A stretch of 63,759 nt of DNA, the filler included, from Octopus bimaculoides (Eukaryota): assembly GCF_001194135.2 (NCBI RefSeq). It is 11 parts of 9 records of this genome, joined end to end, with 100 filler letters (N's around TTAATTAATTAA, not from the genome) between each part and the next. Parts side by side here need not be neighbours in the genome. Positions count along the whole stretch, not along the records: positions 1 to 14,784 come from NC_069004.1; 10 more parts are not named here. One strand, written 5' to 3'. Below, piece by piece: positions 1 through 12,782 of the stretch. Under the pieces are notes generated by a model. It saw only the letters and a program-made list of their open reading frames with translations, ran no database searches and was not told where the DNA came from. The position numbers and the translations under genes are program-made. Position 1 is the first letter of the stretch; each line of letters begins with the position of its first letter.

Positions 1-54
<54 letters not shown>

Positions 55-69
55 GTAATAATAATAATA

Positions 70-110
<41 letters not shown>
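1..110. repeat. (AAT)n microsatellite
   Basis: Direct reading. Confidence 0.98.
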
Positions 111-111
<1 letters not shown>

Positions 112-411
112 TGGTGATGAACAACAATTACAGGAATCACTCCAAAAAACGTCAACAACAACAACAATAACACTGTAGCACCGTAAGTAGTAACAAATAT
201 AGAAAAAAACAGTTAAAAGCAAAGAGCAACAATAAAACCGGTAATAATTTAAACAACAACAACAACAACAACAATACTAAGAATAACAAGTATGATAATT
301 ATGGCAGCAATAATGAGATGTATAACAACAATAATAATAACAACAATATCAACAACATAATAATAATGACAACAATAATAATAACCTGAGCAAATTAATG
401 ATAATAATAAT

Positions 412-637
412 CGTTTCTAGTATAAGCACAAGGCCTGAAATTTTAGAGCTGAGTCGGGGCGGGGGGTCTGGTCGATTACATCGACCCCAGTACTTGCCTG
501 GTACTTATTTTATCGATCCCGAAAGGATGGTAGGCAAAAAGTCGACCTTAATGGAATTTGAATTCAGAACGTAAAGCCGGGAGACTGCCGCTAAGCATTT
601 TGTCCCGCGCGGTAACGATTCTGCCTGCACGTCACCT
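412..637 (-). mobile_element. SINE family A
   Basis: Reverse-complement match to 27698-27929 with the alternative GGCCTTGTGC..TAGAAA tail; followed by (ATT)n in sense. Confidence 0.85.
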
Positions 638-669
638 CAATATTAATGGACTCTCCCGTCGTTTTGCAG

Positions 670-905
670 AACAAACTTCATAAATGATTTGTTCATAGGG
701 ATCAATTGTTCGCGCCACGCGTTAGTTCACTCTCCTCCATCAAATCGATGTTGTCTTAACAGGGGCGCAGTGTGCCACGCGTCAGGTGTCGGAGTGATCG
801 GAGGGCAATGTGAGGTGAAGTATTTTGCTCAAGAGCGCAACCCACCACCTGGTCTAGGAATTGAAATCACGAACGCTAGATTGTGAATGCAACACCACGC
901 CTTCA
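670..905 (-). mobile_element. SINE family C-related copy
   Basis: Same CTTGAGCAAAATACTTCACCTCACATTG core and a B box. Confidence 0.55.
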
Positions 906-940
906 CCATGCGTCTTCAAATAATAATAATAATAATAATA

Positions 941-1060
941 ATATGTACAAGACTAAATATATGGCACCCTAAGCATAACACCAACATGAACTTCTAACTT
1001 GTTGTCTCTTGAGGTCTCTGGGTGAGGTTTGGAGCCAACTTGTACAAATGTAAAGCAAAA
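941..1060 (+). mobile_element. Possible 3' UTR of a further R4/Dong-like family
   Basis: Follows (AAT)n; contains GAGGTCTCTGGGTGAGG, reminiscent of R4-clade 3' UTRs. No ORF to confirm. Confidence 0.3.
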
Positions 1061-1067
1061 ACCTCTT

Positions 1068-1180
1068 AAGGATGAAAGGTAAAGTCGACCTCGGCGGAAT
1101 TTGAACTCAGAACGTAGCGACGGGCAAAATACCGCTAAGCATTTTGCCCGGTGTGCTAACGATTCTGCCAGCAAGTTGCT
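1068..1180 (-). mobile_element. SINE family A head
   Basis: A/B box region identical in layout to other family A copies. Confidence 0.8.
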
Positions 1181-1206
1181 TTAATAATGATAATAATAAT
1201 AATAAT

Positions 1207-1351
1207 TTCAAATTTCAACAAAAAGCCAGCAATTTCGGCGGAGCGGGGTATAGTCGATTTCATCGACCACAGTGCTCTACTGATACTTATTTTATCGACC
1301 CTGAAAGGATAAAAGCAAAGTCGACCTCAGTGGAAATTGAACACAGAATGC
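1207..1351 (-). mobile_element. SINE family A 3' half
   Basis: Central GTCGAT hairpin module and AAATTGCTGG..TTTGAAA tail. Confidence 0.75.
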
Positions 1352-1559
1352 CAAGACGGACGACCTAATGATGACAATAGAAACAACGCCATTAGAAATT
1401 TGAGCTTCGATGATATCAGTAACAACATCCATAACAACAGCAAAACGCTAACAAAAAAAATCACGGAATATGATATCAATGAAAAATAACAACGACCACA
1501 GCAATTTTAGGAATCTCTCAACAACAACAACAACATCTTTTATCCTTTATCCTTTATTT

Positions 1560-1811
1560 TTTAACTTTTATATTTCATTTGTTTCCGTCACGGGACTGCG
1601 GCCATGATGAGGCACCGTCTTGAAGAATCTTTAATTGAATGAATCGATTTCAGTATTTAATTTTGTTATGCCTGGTTCTTATTTTATCGATAATATTTGC
1701 CGAACCGCAAGCGGTGTCAAGCGGTAGTAGGGATACAGACAGACAGACACAAAGACACACAAACATAGATATATATATATACATATGATGGCCTTCTTTC
1801 AGTTTCCGCTT
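1560..1811 (-). mobile_element. SINE family B 3' half
   Basis: Tail and internal segment; head lost in a gap. Confidence 0.75.
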
Positions 1812-2255
1812 NNNNNNNNNNNNNNNNNNNNNNNNNNNNNNNNNNNNNNNNNNNNNNNNNNNNNNNNNNNNNNNNNNNNNNNNNNNNNNNNNNNNNNNNN
1901 NNNNNNNNNNNNNNNNNNNNNNNNNNNNNNNNNNNNNNNNNNNNNNNNNNNNNNNNNNNNNNNNNNNNNNNNNNNNNNNNNNNNNNNNNNNNNNNNNNNN
2001 NNNNNNNNNNNNNNNNNNNNNNNNNNNNNNNNNNNNNNNNNNNNNNNNNNNNNNNNNNNNNNNNNNNNNNNNNNNNNNNNNNNNNNNNNNNNNNNNNNNN
2101 NNNNNNNNNNNNNNNNNNNNNNNNNNNNNNNNNNNNNNNNNNNNNNNNNNNNNNNNNNNNNNNNNNNNNNNNNNNNNNNNNNNNNNNNNNNNNNNNNNNN
2201 NNNNNNNNNNNNNNNNNNNNNNNNNNNNNNNNNNNNNNNNNNNNNNNNNNNNNNN

Positions 2256-2862
2256 TTAAGACCGCAAAAGCTGCTCACGACATTTGTGCTGTGTAGAGAG
2301 AGGGTGCCATAGCTGAAAGAATCGCTCGTGATTGATATGCCAAGTTCAAAAATGGAAATTTTGACCTCAAAGACGCACCTCGTTCTGGCCGTCCAGTTGA
2401 GTTCGATGAAGAGCGATTAAACCAACTATTGCACGAAAATTCTCGTCAAACGAGAAGGGAACTGGTAGAGAAAATGGAATGCTCCCACACTGTTATAGAC
2501 AAGCATCTTCATTCGATGGTAAAGGTTCAGAAGTATGGAACATGGCTTCCGCATTCTTTAAGTGACAACAAAAATCAACGAGCCACAATCTCCGCTGATT
2601 TGTTTGCTCGTCACCGCTCAACTCATGGACACAAGCGACGATTTCTTTACCGAATCGTTACTAGCGACGAAAAATGGTGCCTGTACATCAATATGAAGCA
2701 GCATAAGGAATGGCTTAGCCCAGGTAAACAAGCGACACTGCGCGTGAAACAAGATCTTCATCCGCGTAAAACGATGTTGTGCGTATGGTGCGACTGGGAA
2801 AGGATTATCCATTACGAATTGATTGAACGGAGCCCAACGGTCAACGCGGAACTCTATGTTCA
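2256..2862 (+). mobile_element. Mariner transposase remnant (ends in gaps)
   Basis: KF.NGNFDLKDAPRSGRP, WLPHSL (WVPHEL-like), VTSDEKW, HPRKTMLCVW motifs; in-frame stops near 2318 and 2333. Confidence 0.92.
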
Positions 2863-4539
2863 NNNNNNNNNNNNNNNNNNNNNNNNNNNNNNNNNNNNNN
2901 NNNNNNNNNNNNNNNNNNNNNNNNNNNNNNNNNNNNNNNNNNNNNNNNNNNNNNNNNNNNNNNNNNNNNNNNNNNNNNNNNNNNNNNNNNNNNNNNNNNN
3001 NNNNNNNNNNNNNNNNNNNNNNNNNNNNNNNNNNNNNNNNNNNNNNNNNNNNNNNNNNNNNNNNNNNNNNNNNNNNNNNNNNNNNNNNNNNNNNNNNNNN
3101 NNNNNNNNNNNNNNNNNNNNNNNNNNNNNNNNNNNNNNNNNNNNNNNNNNNNNNNNNNNNNNNNNNNNNNNNNNNNNNNNNNNNNNNNNNNNNNNNNNNN
3201 NNNNNNNNNNNNNNNNNNNNNNNNNNNNNNNNNNNNNNNNNNNNNNNNNNNNNNNNNNNNNNNNNNNNNNNNNNNNNNNNNNNNNNNNNNNNNNNNNNNN
3301 NNNNNNNNNNNNNNNNNNNNNNNNNNNNNNNNNNNNNNNNNNNNNNNNNNNNNNNNNNNNNNNNNNNNNNNNNNNNNNNNNNNNNNNNNNNNNNNNNNNN
3401 NNNNNNNNNNNNNNNNNNNNNNNNNNNNNNNNNNNNNNNNNNNNNNNNNNNNNNNNNNNNNNNNNNNNNNNNNNNNNNNNNNNNNNNNNNNNNNNNNNNN
3501 NNNNNNNNNNNNNNNNNNNNNNNNNNNNNNNNNNNNNNNNNNNNNNNNNNNNNNNNNNNNNNNNNNNNNNNNNNNNNNNNNNNNNNNNNNNNNNNNNNNN
3601 NNNNNNNNNNNNNNNNNNNNNNNNNNNNNNNNNNNNNNNNNNNNNNNNNNNNNNNNNNNNNNNNNNNNNNNNNNNNNNNNNNNNNNNNNNNNNNATTAGG
3701 GTTAAGAGTGAATAGTAAGCTGTTTATATGACATTCACGCCTTTCTCTCTCAGCCGGTGGTGTTGGTGTTATGAATCGGTTGTTTACTATCGCAAATGAA
3801 TCGATACAAACTGGTGCTCAGCCGGGAATCGAACCCACTTTACGCCTGCAGACCATATATTCTTCGGCTTGATTTGAACAAGGGGCACCCAATTTTTGCG
3901 TTTCTCTGATACTGTTGAAGGACCTGGAAACGGGGCAATGCTCGTAGCCTTCGTGTCTCAAGTAATGGCGAAGGACCAACAGGAAGATGTAAAGGCTCAT
4001 TATAACCCTTCATTGGCAGAATCGGTTGAGCGTTGGATAGCATGCTTTGCTGTAATTACTCTGGCGCTATAAATCTCTGATTTTGGTGTTATGGAAAGGT
4101 GAGAAAGATAAGCTTGTAGCAATGAAGATTTTCCAAGAGCAAGAACTAACTGATTGCATGTAACCTGAGTACAGACCCATCTGACATGTCAAGAGCAGAC
4201 CAAAACATCGATACATGGTCTCTTGGTTTACTAGAAACCAAATCGACGTCAAATAACAGGCTGAAATTATAAAAACAACAGTCAAGCATAGCTCAAATCT
4301 CACAATTCAGAAATAAGAGTCAACTCGTCCTCAAATCACACCATTTAGAAATAATAGTCAAATCGTCTTCAAATTACACCATATAAAAATAGAAGTTAGA
4401 TATTCCTCAATAAACACTATTCCAACATAAATAAGGAGGAGGGTGTCAGTAAATAATGTAGTGTTGGACATACCTTGAAAGAGACGCGTTGATTGTAGGG
4501 TTGTCCTTGATTTGCTCGATCAGAGTTGACCTTCGACAA

Positions 4540-4985
4540 CCACAAAAGCCACAACAACAGCAAAGACAACACCAACAGTCACCGCCGCCGCCACCACCAC
4601 CACCAGGGACAACAACAACAACACCAGCAGCCACCACCACTACCACAACAAAAAACAACTACAACAACAGCACTAACACAGCCACCATCACCGTTCAACT
4701 ACCACCAACACAACCACCATGGCAACAACCACCGCCACCATGACAAAAGCTACCATCGCCACCGTTCCCACAATCCCCACTCTCACTCCACCCCCACCAC
4801 TACCACCACTACCAGCAATCCCACTATAACCACCACTCTCACCACTCCCACCACCATTCCCACCACCACTCCCAACACCACTCCCACCATCACTCTCACC
4901 ACCCCACCATCACCNNNNNNNNNNNNNNNNNNNNNNNNNNNNNNNNAAGCACCACCACTATCACCATGACAACAACCACAACAAC
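4540..4985. repeat. CAA/CCA low-complexity tract with 12-bp ACCACTCCCACC units
   Basis: Direct reading. Confidence 0.85.
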
Positions 4986-5035
4986 CACACACCTATACTG
5001 ATGTCAAGAATGAAGAGATCAATATTAAGAGAAAC

Positions 5036-5039
<4 letters not shown>

Positions 5040-5073
<34 letters not shown>

Positions 5074-5318
5074 GGAGGGAGGGAAGGAAAGAGAGAGAGG
5101 GAGAGAGTGAAGGTGAGAGAGGGAGATAGAGAAAGAGGAGGAGGGTGTGAGTAATGTTGTTGTAATGCTGATGCATCAATGTGCAAGGGTGGTGCAGTAC
5201 TGCATCTGTTGTTGCAGCTGCAACAGTTGATACCTGCTGATTAATGGAGATGACTGCAGCCCTTCCCCACCACCACCACCACACACAGATATACACACAA
5301 TTGTAAACATTAACTAGA

Positions 5319-5349
<31 letters not shown>

Positions 5350-5745
5350 CTGTGTGTGTGTGTGTGTGTGCAGCTATAGGTTGATATGTTTGTGTTTCTA
5401 CGGGAATGTATGTACGTATGTTTCCAGGTATGTCTCTATGTATGTTCATGCATGTGTTTGTGTATACATGTCTGCATGTTCGTGCATATATATATATATA
5501 TATATATATGTGGGTGTGTGTGTGTGTGCGAGTGCGCGCGCGCGCATATATATGTATATATATGTGTGTGTATACATACATACATATATATTGTAGATAT
5601 CTATTTGCATTATTAGTGTGTTTGTATGCGCATTTATGTATGTATATATGTGTGTTTGAAAGTATACATGTACACTTGTATCCCTGTGTCTACATGTGTA
5701 CGTGTTTGTGTGCATGCTTTGTATGTATATCTATCTATCTATCTC

Positions 5746-5797
<52 letters not shown>

Positions 5798-5815
5798 TAT
5801 ATATTATGTACACAC

Positions 5816-5851
<36 letters not shown>

Positions 5852-5880
5852 CGGATATACGTGTATGTGCGTTTATATGA
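5040..5880. repeat. Compound (GA)n/(GT)n/(TA)n microsatellite block
   Basis: Direct reading. Confidence 0.9.
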
Positions 5881-5900
5881 ATAATATCAGTATGTACGTA

Positions 5901-6282
5901 TCTTTATCATTTCTTTCAGTTATTCGACTGTGGCCATACTGGGGCACCGCTGTGAATGGTTTTGTCGAACAAATCGACCCCAGTACTAATTTATTTTTTA
6001 TACTGGTACTTATTCTATCTGTCTTTCACACCGAACCGTGAAGTTACGGAGACGTAAACACTATCAACAATTGTCGTGTAGCGGAATGGCACAAATACAA
6101 ACAAACACAAAACGTCACCCAACTACAAATGTATATATTTGTTTTCCGTCTACCGAATCCTCTCACAAGCCATTGGTCGGCCTAGACCTGTAGGAGAAGA
6201 TACTTGGCAAAAGTGCTACACAGTGAGGCTGAACCCGGAATGATACGATTGGGAAGCAAGCCTCTCAGCCACAGAATCATGC
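5901..6282 (-). mobile_element. SINE family B, diverged
   Basis: Tail, middle and head all recognisable. Confidence 0.8.
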
Positions 6283-6294
6283 TGTATGTATGTA

Positions 6295-6688
6295 CCGTAA
6301 ATCCTCGAGTATAATCCGCACTTTTCCCCCCAAAATTTAAGGGTCAAAATTTCTAGTGCGTACTATATACGAGGTTAAAAATGAAAAATATTTTCTAAGT
6401 GATAAATATGTAAAGGCAATTTGCTTCATATTTATTTTTCACTGAGGTTATTACTGTTATTTCTTTATTTTCTGCAAACAAATTGCACAAAAAGGCTACA
6501 CGTTTGCATTATGTTATATATACAATAATAATAAAGGACGTTACCGTATATACGTTTACAAACCAAGGACTTTATATAGACCTCCTTGACTCAAGTTAGA
6601 GAAGGGGTTTAGATTTTTCAGAGGAACGGCCCCCTAAAAATCCCCTGCGTATTATACTCAAGGGCGAACTATACTCGCGGATTTACGG
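6295..6688. mobile_element. Tc2/pogo-type MITE, 394 bp
   Basis: TIRs CCGTAAATCCTCGAGTATA / TATACTCGCGGATTTACGG, TA on both sides, inserted in a (TATG)n tract; no ORF. Confidence 0.88.
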
Positions 6689-6973
6689 TATGTATGTATG
6701 TATGTATGTATGTATGTATGTATGTATGTATGTATGAATGTATGTATGTGTATGAAGGAGTGTGATGTGGCCGAATGCCGTCAAGAAGTGTGCTTTGCAA
6801 TAAGAAGGACCAAGGATCAATTCTACTGCATGCCATGTTAGGCAATTGTCTTTTACCATCACTTTGAATCAGTTAAAATCTTGTGAGTAAGAATGAGTAG
6901 ACGGAAACGGTGCAGAAGTCTGATGGGTAGATTGTACCTTAATATAATGGTGTAATCTCACACCGATTCTGCT

Positions 6974-7054
6974 TTTGGTTGGCCCGAGGCTATAGTAGAA
7001 GACACTTGTCCAAGATGTCACGCAATGGGACTGAACCCGGAACCATGCGCCTGT
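6974..7054 (-). mobile_element. SINE family B core fragment
   Basis: GGCCCGAGGCTATAGTAGAAGACACTTG match. Confidence 0.75.
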
Positions 7055-7717
7055 NNNNNNNNNNNNNNNNNNNNNNNNNNNNNNNNNNNNNNNNNNNNNN
7101 NNNNNNNNNNNNNNNNNNNNNNNNNNNNNNNNNNNNNNNNNNNNNNNNNNNNNNNNNNNNNNNNNNNNNNNNNNNNNNNNNNNNNNNNNNNNNNNNNNNN
7201 NNNNNNNNNNNNNNNNNNNNNNNNNNNNNNNNNNNNNNNNNNNNNNNNNNNNNNNNNNNNNNNNNNNNNNNNNNNNNNNNNNNNNNNNNNNNNNNNNNNN
7301 NNNNNNNNNNNNNNNNNNNNNNNNNNNNNNNNNNNNNNNNNNNNNNNNNNNNNNNNNNNNNNNNNNNNNNNNNNNNNNNNNNNNNNNNNNNNNNNNNNNN
7401 NNNNNNNNNNNNNNNNNNNNNNNNNNNNNNNNNNNNNNNNNNNNNNNNNNNNNNNNNNNNNNNNNNNNNNNNNNNNNNNNNNNNNNNNNNNNNNNNNNNN
7501 NNNNNNNNNNNNNNNNNNNNNNNNNNNNNNNNNNNNNNNNNNNNNNNNNNNNNNNNNNNNNNNNNNNNNNNNNNNNNNNNNNNNNNNNNNNNNNNNNNNN
7601 NNNNNNNNNNNNNNNNNNNNNNNNNNNNNNNNNNNNNNNNNNNNNNNNNNNNNNNNNNNNNNNNNNNNNNNNNNNNNNNNNNNNNNNNNNNNNNNNNNNN
7701 NNNNNNNNNNNNNNNNN

Positions 7718-8021
7718 GGTTCTTTCAGCTATGGCACCTTCTCCATACACAGCACAAATGTCGCGAGCAGCTTTTGCGACCTTAGAACCTTGATTAAAAG
7801 CAAAAAGAAGGAGGCTTCGAAAATTCTCGTTTTTCTTAACTTGATATTCCATTTTAATGATCTGAAAATAAGAAAAAAATAACTAAAGTTAACTAGCAAA
7901 AAAAAAAACAGATTCAAAAATGATTCAAAACTAGAATTCTCGAAGAAATAGATTCCAAAATTTAAAAACGCAATAAATTTCAAAATTTAAAAAAGCGGCC
8001 AGAACTTAGTTGCCAACCCAA
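7718..8021 (-). mobile_element. Mariner 5' end (TIR, leader and transposase N-terminus), same family as 2256-2862
   Basis: TA|TTGGGTTGGCAACTAAGTT terminus at 8021; ATG at 7852 giving MEYQVKKNENFRSLLLFAFNQGSKVAKAARDICAVYGEGAIAERT; overlaps the first copy's sequence in inverted orientation. Confidence 0.9.
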
Positions 8022-8226
8022 TATATGTGTACATACTTCCATCTATACGTATATGTATATGCATATGTGGTCACAGGACGTAACGAAACTTGTACAATAA
8101 AAAATACGAAGTATGAATGCTCGAAATAGTAGAAAAATTTATATGCATATATATATATATTATTTACATTATTATATGATTGAACGCCACGCATATATCT
8201 ATACACACACATACACATACACACAT

Positions 8227-8302
<76 letters not shown>

Positions 8303-8318
8303 TTATTGCTCAAGACAA

Positions 8319-8525
8319 GGCGGTGAGCCGGTAGAATCGTTAGCTCGCCGGGTAAAATGCTTAACGGCATTTCGTCCGTCATTTCCTTCTGAATTCAAAT
8401 TCCGCTGAGACCGACTTTGCCTTTCACCCTACGAAGATCGATAAAATAAATACTATTTGAGCAGTGGGATCGATTTAATCGACTTACCTCCTCTCCCGAA
8501 CTTGCTGTTCTTGTGCCAAAAATGA
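8319..8525 (+). mobile_element. SINE family A
   Basis: GGCGGTGAGCCGGTAGAATCG head, B box, central module. Confidence 0.85.
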
Positions 8526-8829
8526 AAACAATTCTTACACAAGGCAATTGGCCAGGTTGCATAACACGATTAACTTACTTTCTCAGTATTCTAAGCAAAA
8601 AATACAAAGCTTAGTGCGGTTCGCGCTCTAACATACTCCAGCTATGCAAATTAAGTTCAATACGTGTAGCGAAGCGAGTAAATGCGTATTTATGCGTGTG
8701 TATGTGTTGCGAAGGCCGAGTGCGTTCGCGAGCGTTTGTATGTAGAAGCAAGCTGGAAGGGTCATTGGCAAAGACTGACTTCTTTTAAAGGTAATAGTTG
8801 AAGCAGACATGAAGGTGTTAAGTAAAGTT

Positions 8830-9575
8830 ACTAAACAAGGCGAGAAGAAAGTGTGTGAATGAGGGAGGGAACGTGTGCGCGCGAGTGTATGTAGGCTTGT
8901 GGATGTCTGTTCGTTATGTTATAGGTGTGTGTATGTAAGTTTGGGTAAGGTAGTTTGAAAGTGTAAGCTTGTATGTATGTGTTCGTGTGTAGGTGGGCAG
9001 AGAGTAGATATGTGTGAGTGGACCTGTTTGGTGTAAGACGGGGTGAAGGAAGCAAAATTTGGAGGTGGAAGGGCCTGTGTGCGTATACAGATGTGAGAGT
9101 TGTGAAAGGGCGTAGAGAGACGGAGGGTTGTGTTAGTGGGGCAGGTGTAGGTGTGTTAAGGATAATTGGTTGGTGTGGGGATGAGATGGCGGTGGTCGGA
9201 AGGGACTGAGTGTGAATGGGTTACGTGGCAGCCACATGAGGAGGGCAGAGCGCAGGTAAAGCGGGGGAGTGGGTGGGGAAATGTTAGGTGAATGGTGGAG
9301 GAGAGTTCAAGCCTAAAGGACTATAAGTCTGAAGAAAGTAAAGTGAGTTCTTGTGCCCTCTGGAGGCGAATGGTGGGGGAGGTAATGGCCATACTGAAGA
9401 CCAAAAGATGTTGGATGGAATGGAATGGTCAACGTAGCGGAAATGTCAAGAAACAGCAAACCTGTTGCCAAGTTGGATGTCTCTGAGTTGATCCGCGGAG
9501 GCTGCAGAGATTGCGGGCGTTCTTGAAGGGAAAGGATTGTTGGAGTAGCGAATAAACAGGAGGTGGCGGGGTCAG
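8830..9575 (-). mobile_element. Penelope-like element, GIY-YIG C-terminus plus C/A-rich 3' flank
   Basis: Frameshifted ADQLRDIQLGNRFAVS*HFRYVDHSI.HL.VF...RLQRAQEL...LQTYSPLGLN at ~9290-9570, matching the EHLRDI...PV..HF...HS ... L.TL.P.GLN ending. Confidence 0.62.
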
Positions 9576-10794
9576 ATTGAAGACGATGGATGCACACATG
9601 CACCCCGCACCCATATATATATATATATATATATANNNNNNNNNNNNNNNNNNNNNNNNNNNNNNNNNNNNNNNNNNNNNNNNNNNNNNNNNNNNNNNNN
9701 NNNNNNNNNNNNNNNNNNNNNNNNNNNNNNNNNNNNNNNNNNNNNNNNNNNNNNNNNNNNNNNNNNNNNNNNNNNNNNNNNNNNNNNNNNNNNNNNNNNN
9801 NNNNNNNNNNNNNNNNNNNNNNNNNNNNNNNNNNNNNNNNNNNNNNNNNNNNNNNNNNNNNNNNNNNNNNNNNNNNNNNNNNNNNNNNNNNNNNNNNNNN
9901 NNNNNNNNNNNNNNNNNNNNNNNNNNNNNNNNNNNNNNNNNNNNNNNNNNNNNNNNNNNNNNNNNNNNNNNNNNNNNNNNNNNNNNNNNNNNNNNNNNNN
10001 NNNNNNNNNNNNNNNNNNNNNNNNNNNNNNNNNNNNNNNNNNNNNNNNNNNNNNNNNNNNNNNNNNNNNNNNNNNNNNNNNNNNNNNNNNNNNNNNNNNN
10101 NNNNNNNNNNNNNNNNNNNNNNNNNNNNNNNNNNNNNNNNNNNNNNNNCTAGTTTCCGTCTAACAAACCCATTCAAGGACTGAGACTATCGTAGAAAACA
10201 CTTGCTCAAGTTACCGCGCGTTAAAAGAAAAACGAAATAAAGATTATTCTGTACGTGTTAATAAGAGAATGGTAGATAATATCAGAACCTCCGATGTTTT
10301 CTTAATAATCGCTCTGTTGCTAACTAGTACGCTGTCAAGCCAAATTCCGTGAAATGAAAATCTGCTAAAAAGACTTTCTTCCTTCCAAGATTCTTCTTCC
10401 AGATCAGAAAGATAACATCACCGAAACCTTAAGTTGCCGTTATATAACGTATTAGCTGTAATTTTATTTTACCTTCCTCTTCCTATATCTTACCGACAAG
10501 ATTAGTGTCCTGTATCAGTAGGGCTAAGTCATGTAAAAGAACAAACTAGTCTAAGGATTGGATCCTACGGAAATTTGTCTGAACGGCATGCTTTCTAGCA
10601 ACATAAAAATAGCGATATTCTGAGAAATTCGGAAACCCACAAATATTTACTTATGTTTGCTGCTGTCTTTTAAACTTTGTAAAAGATATTTTGATGTCGA
10701 AATATCAACCATATGCTGTGTAAACAATTCATTGTGGAGCATGAGAGAAATGGATTGTAAATTTGAACATTATGGCATTTTCCCTTTTCATATT

Positions 10795-11084
10795 TTTTTC
10801 TACTCTAGACTAAAGGCCCGATATTTTGGGTAAGTGGGCCAGTCAATTAGATCGACCTCAGTACGCAACTGGCACTTAATTTATCGAACCCGAAAGGATG
10901 AAAGGCAAAGTAGACCTCGGCGGAATTTGATCTCAGAACATAAAGACAGACGAAACATAGCTAAGCATTTCGCCCGGTGTGCTAACGAAGCTACCATCTC
11001 ACCGCCTTCTCCCCTTTATATAGATTACGTTATTGCCCACTGGGGGCTAAACATAGAGGGGACAAACAAGGACAAACATAGGGA
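10795..11084 (-). mobile_element. SINE family A copy (10795-11007) plus tail of a second copy (11030-11084)
   Basis: Reverse-complement match to family A; second tail ...GTTTAGCCCCCAGTGGGCAATAA runs into a gap. Confidence 0.85.
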
Positions 11085-12082
11085 NNNNNNNNNNNNNNNN
11101 NNNNNNNNNNNNNNNNNNNNNNNNNNNNNNNNNNNNNNNNNNNNNNNNNNNNNNNNNNNNNNNNNNNNNNNNNNNNNNNNNNNNNNNNNNNNNNNNNNNN
11201 NNNNNNNNNNNNNNNNNNNNNNNNNNNNNNNNNNNNNNNNNNNNNNNNNNNNNNNNNNNNNNNNNNNNNNNNNNNNNNNNNNNNNNNNNNNNNNNNNNNN
11301 NNNNNNNNNNNNNNNNNNNNNNNNNNNNNNNNNNNNNNNNNNNNNNNNNNNNNNNNNNNNNNNNNNNNNNNNNNNNNNNNNNNNNNNNNNNNNNNNNNNN
11401 NNNNNNNNNNNNNNNNNNNNNNNNNNNNNNNNNNNNNNNNNNNNNNNNNNNNNNNNNNNNNNNNNNNNNNNNNNNNNNNNNNNNNNNNNNNNNNNNNNNN
11501 NNNNNNNNNNNNNNNNNNNNNNNNNNNNNNNNNNNNNNNNNNNNNNNNNNNNNNNNNNNNNNNNNNNNNNNNNNNNNNNNNNNNNNNNNNNNNNNNNNNN
11601 NNNNNNNNNNNNNNNNNNNNNNNNNNNNNNNNNNNNNNNNNNNNNNNNNNNNNNNNNNNNNNNNNNNNNNNNNNNNNNNNNNNNNNNNNNNNNNNNNNNN
11701 NNNNNNNNNNNNNNNNNNNNNNNNNNNNNNNNNNNNNNNNNNNNNNNNNNNNNNNNNNNNNNNNNNNNNNNNNNNNNNNNNNNNNNNNNNNNNNNNNNNN
11801 NNNNNNNNNNNNNNNNNNNNNNNNNNNNNNNNNNNNNNNNNNNNNNNNNNNNNNNNNNNNNNNNNNNNNNNNNNNNNNNNNNNNNNNNNNNNNNNNNNNN
11901 NNNNNNNNNNNNNNNNNNNNNNNNNNNNNNNNNNNNNNNNNNNNNNNNNNNNNNNNNNNNNNNNNNNNNNNNNNNNNNNNNNNNNNNNNNNNNNNNNNNN
12001 NNNNNNNNNNNNNNNNNNNNNNNNNNNNNNNNNNNNNNNNNNNNNATATATACATATATATATATATATATATCTATATCTA

Positions 12083-12118
<36 letters not shown>

Positions 12119-12127
12119 TGTATTTGT

Positions 12128-12330
12128 GTGTCTGTGTTTGTCCCCACACTATCGCTTAACAACAGATGTTGTTATTTTTACACCACAGTAACCTAGCGGT
12201 TCGGCAAAAGGGACGGCAGAATAAGTATTAGGCTTACAAAGAATAAGTCTTGGTGTCAATTTGTTCGACTAAAGCGGTGCTCCAGCATGGTCGCAGTCAA
12301 GCGACTCAAACAAGTAAAAGAATAAAAGAA
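12128..12330 (+). mobile_element. SINE family B 3' half
   Basis: Matches the family B tail. Confidence 0.8.
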
Positions 12331-12721
12331 TAACATTTAATAACACAAATTAATATAAATTTAATAACAAATCAGAAGAATATTAAATGGAATTAGATGA
12401 CCAGTTGGGAACTATACCGACCTCAACCACATGAGGCACGTGCACGCATGCACACACAGAGGCACACGCATGAATATCTGTGCGTATAAATATAGATATA
12501 TTACATATATATATACATTACATATACATATATGTACATGCATGTGTGTGTATATATATATGTATATATATATATATATATATNNNNNNNNNNNNNNNNN
12601 NNNNNNNNNNNNNNNNNNNNNNNNNNNNNNNNNNNNNNNNNNNNNNNNNNNNNNNNNNNNNNNNNNNNNNNNNNNNNNNNNNNNNNNNNNNNNNNNNNNN
12701 NNNNNNCACACACATACATTC

Positions 12722-12782
<61 letters not shown>

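Noticed and set aside
8319-8410. tRNA-like A and B boxes here and in many other places
   Set aside because: All are SINE heads; none folds into a complete cloverleaf.
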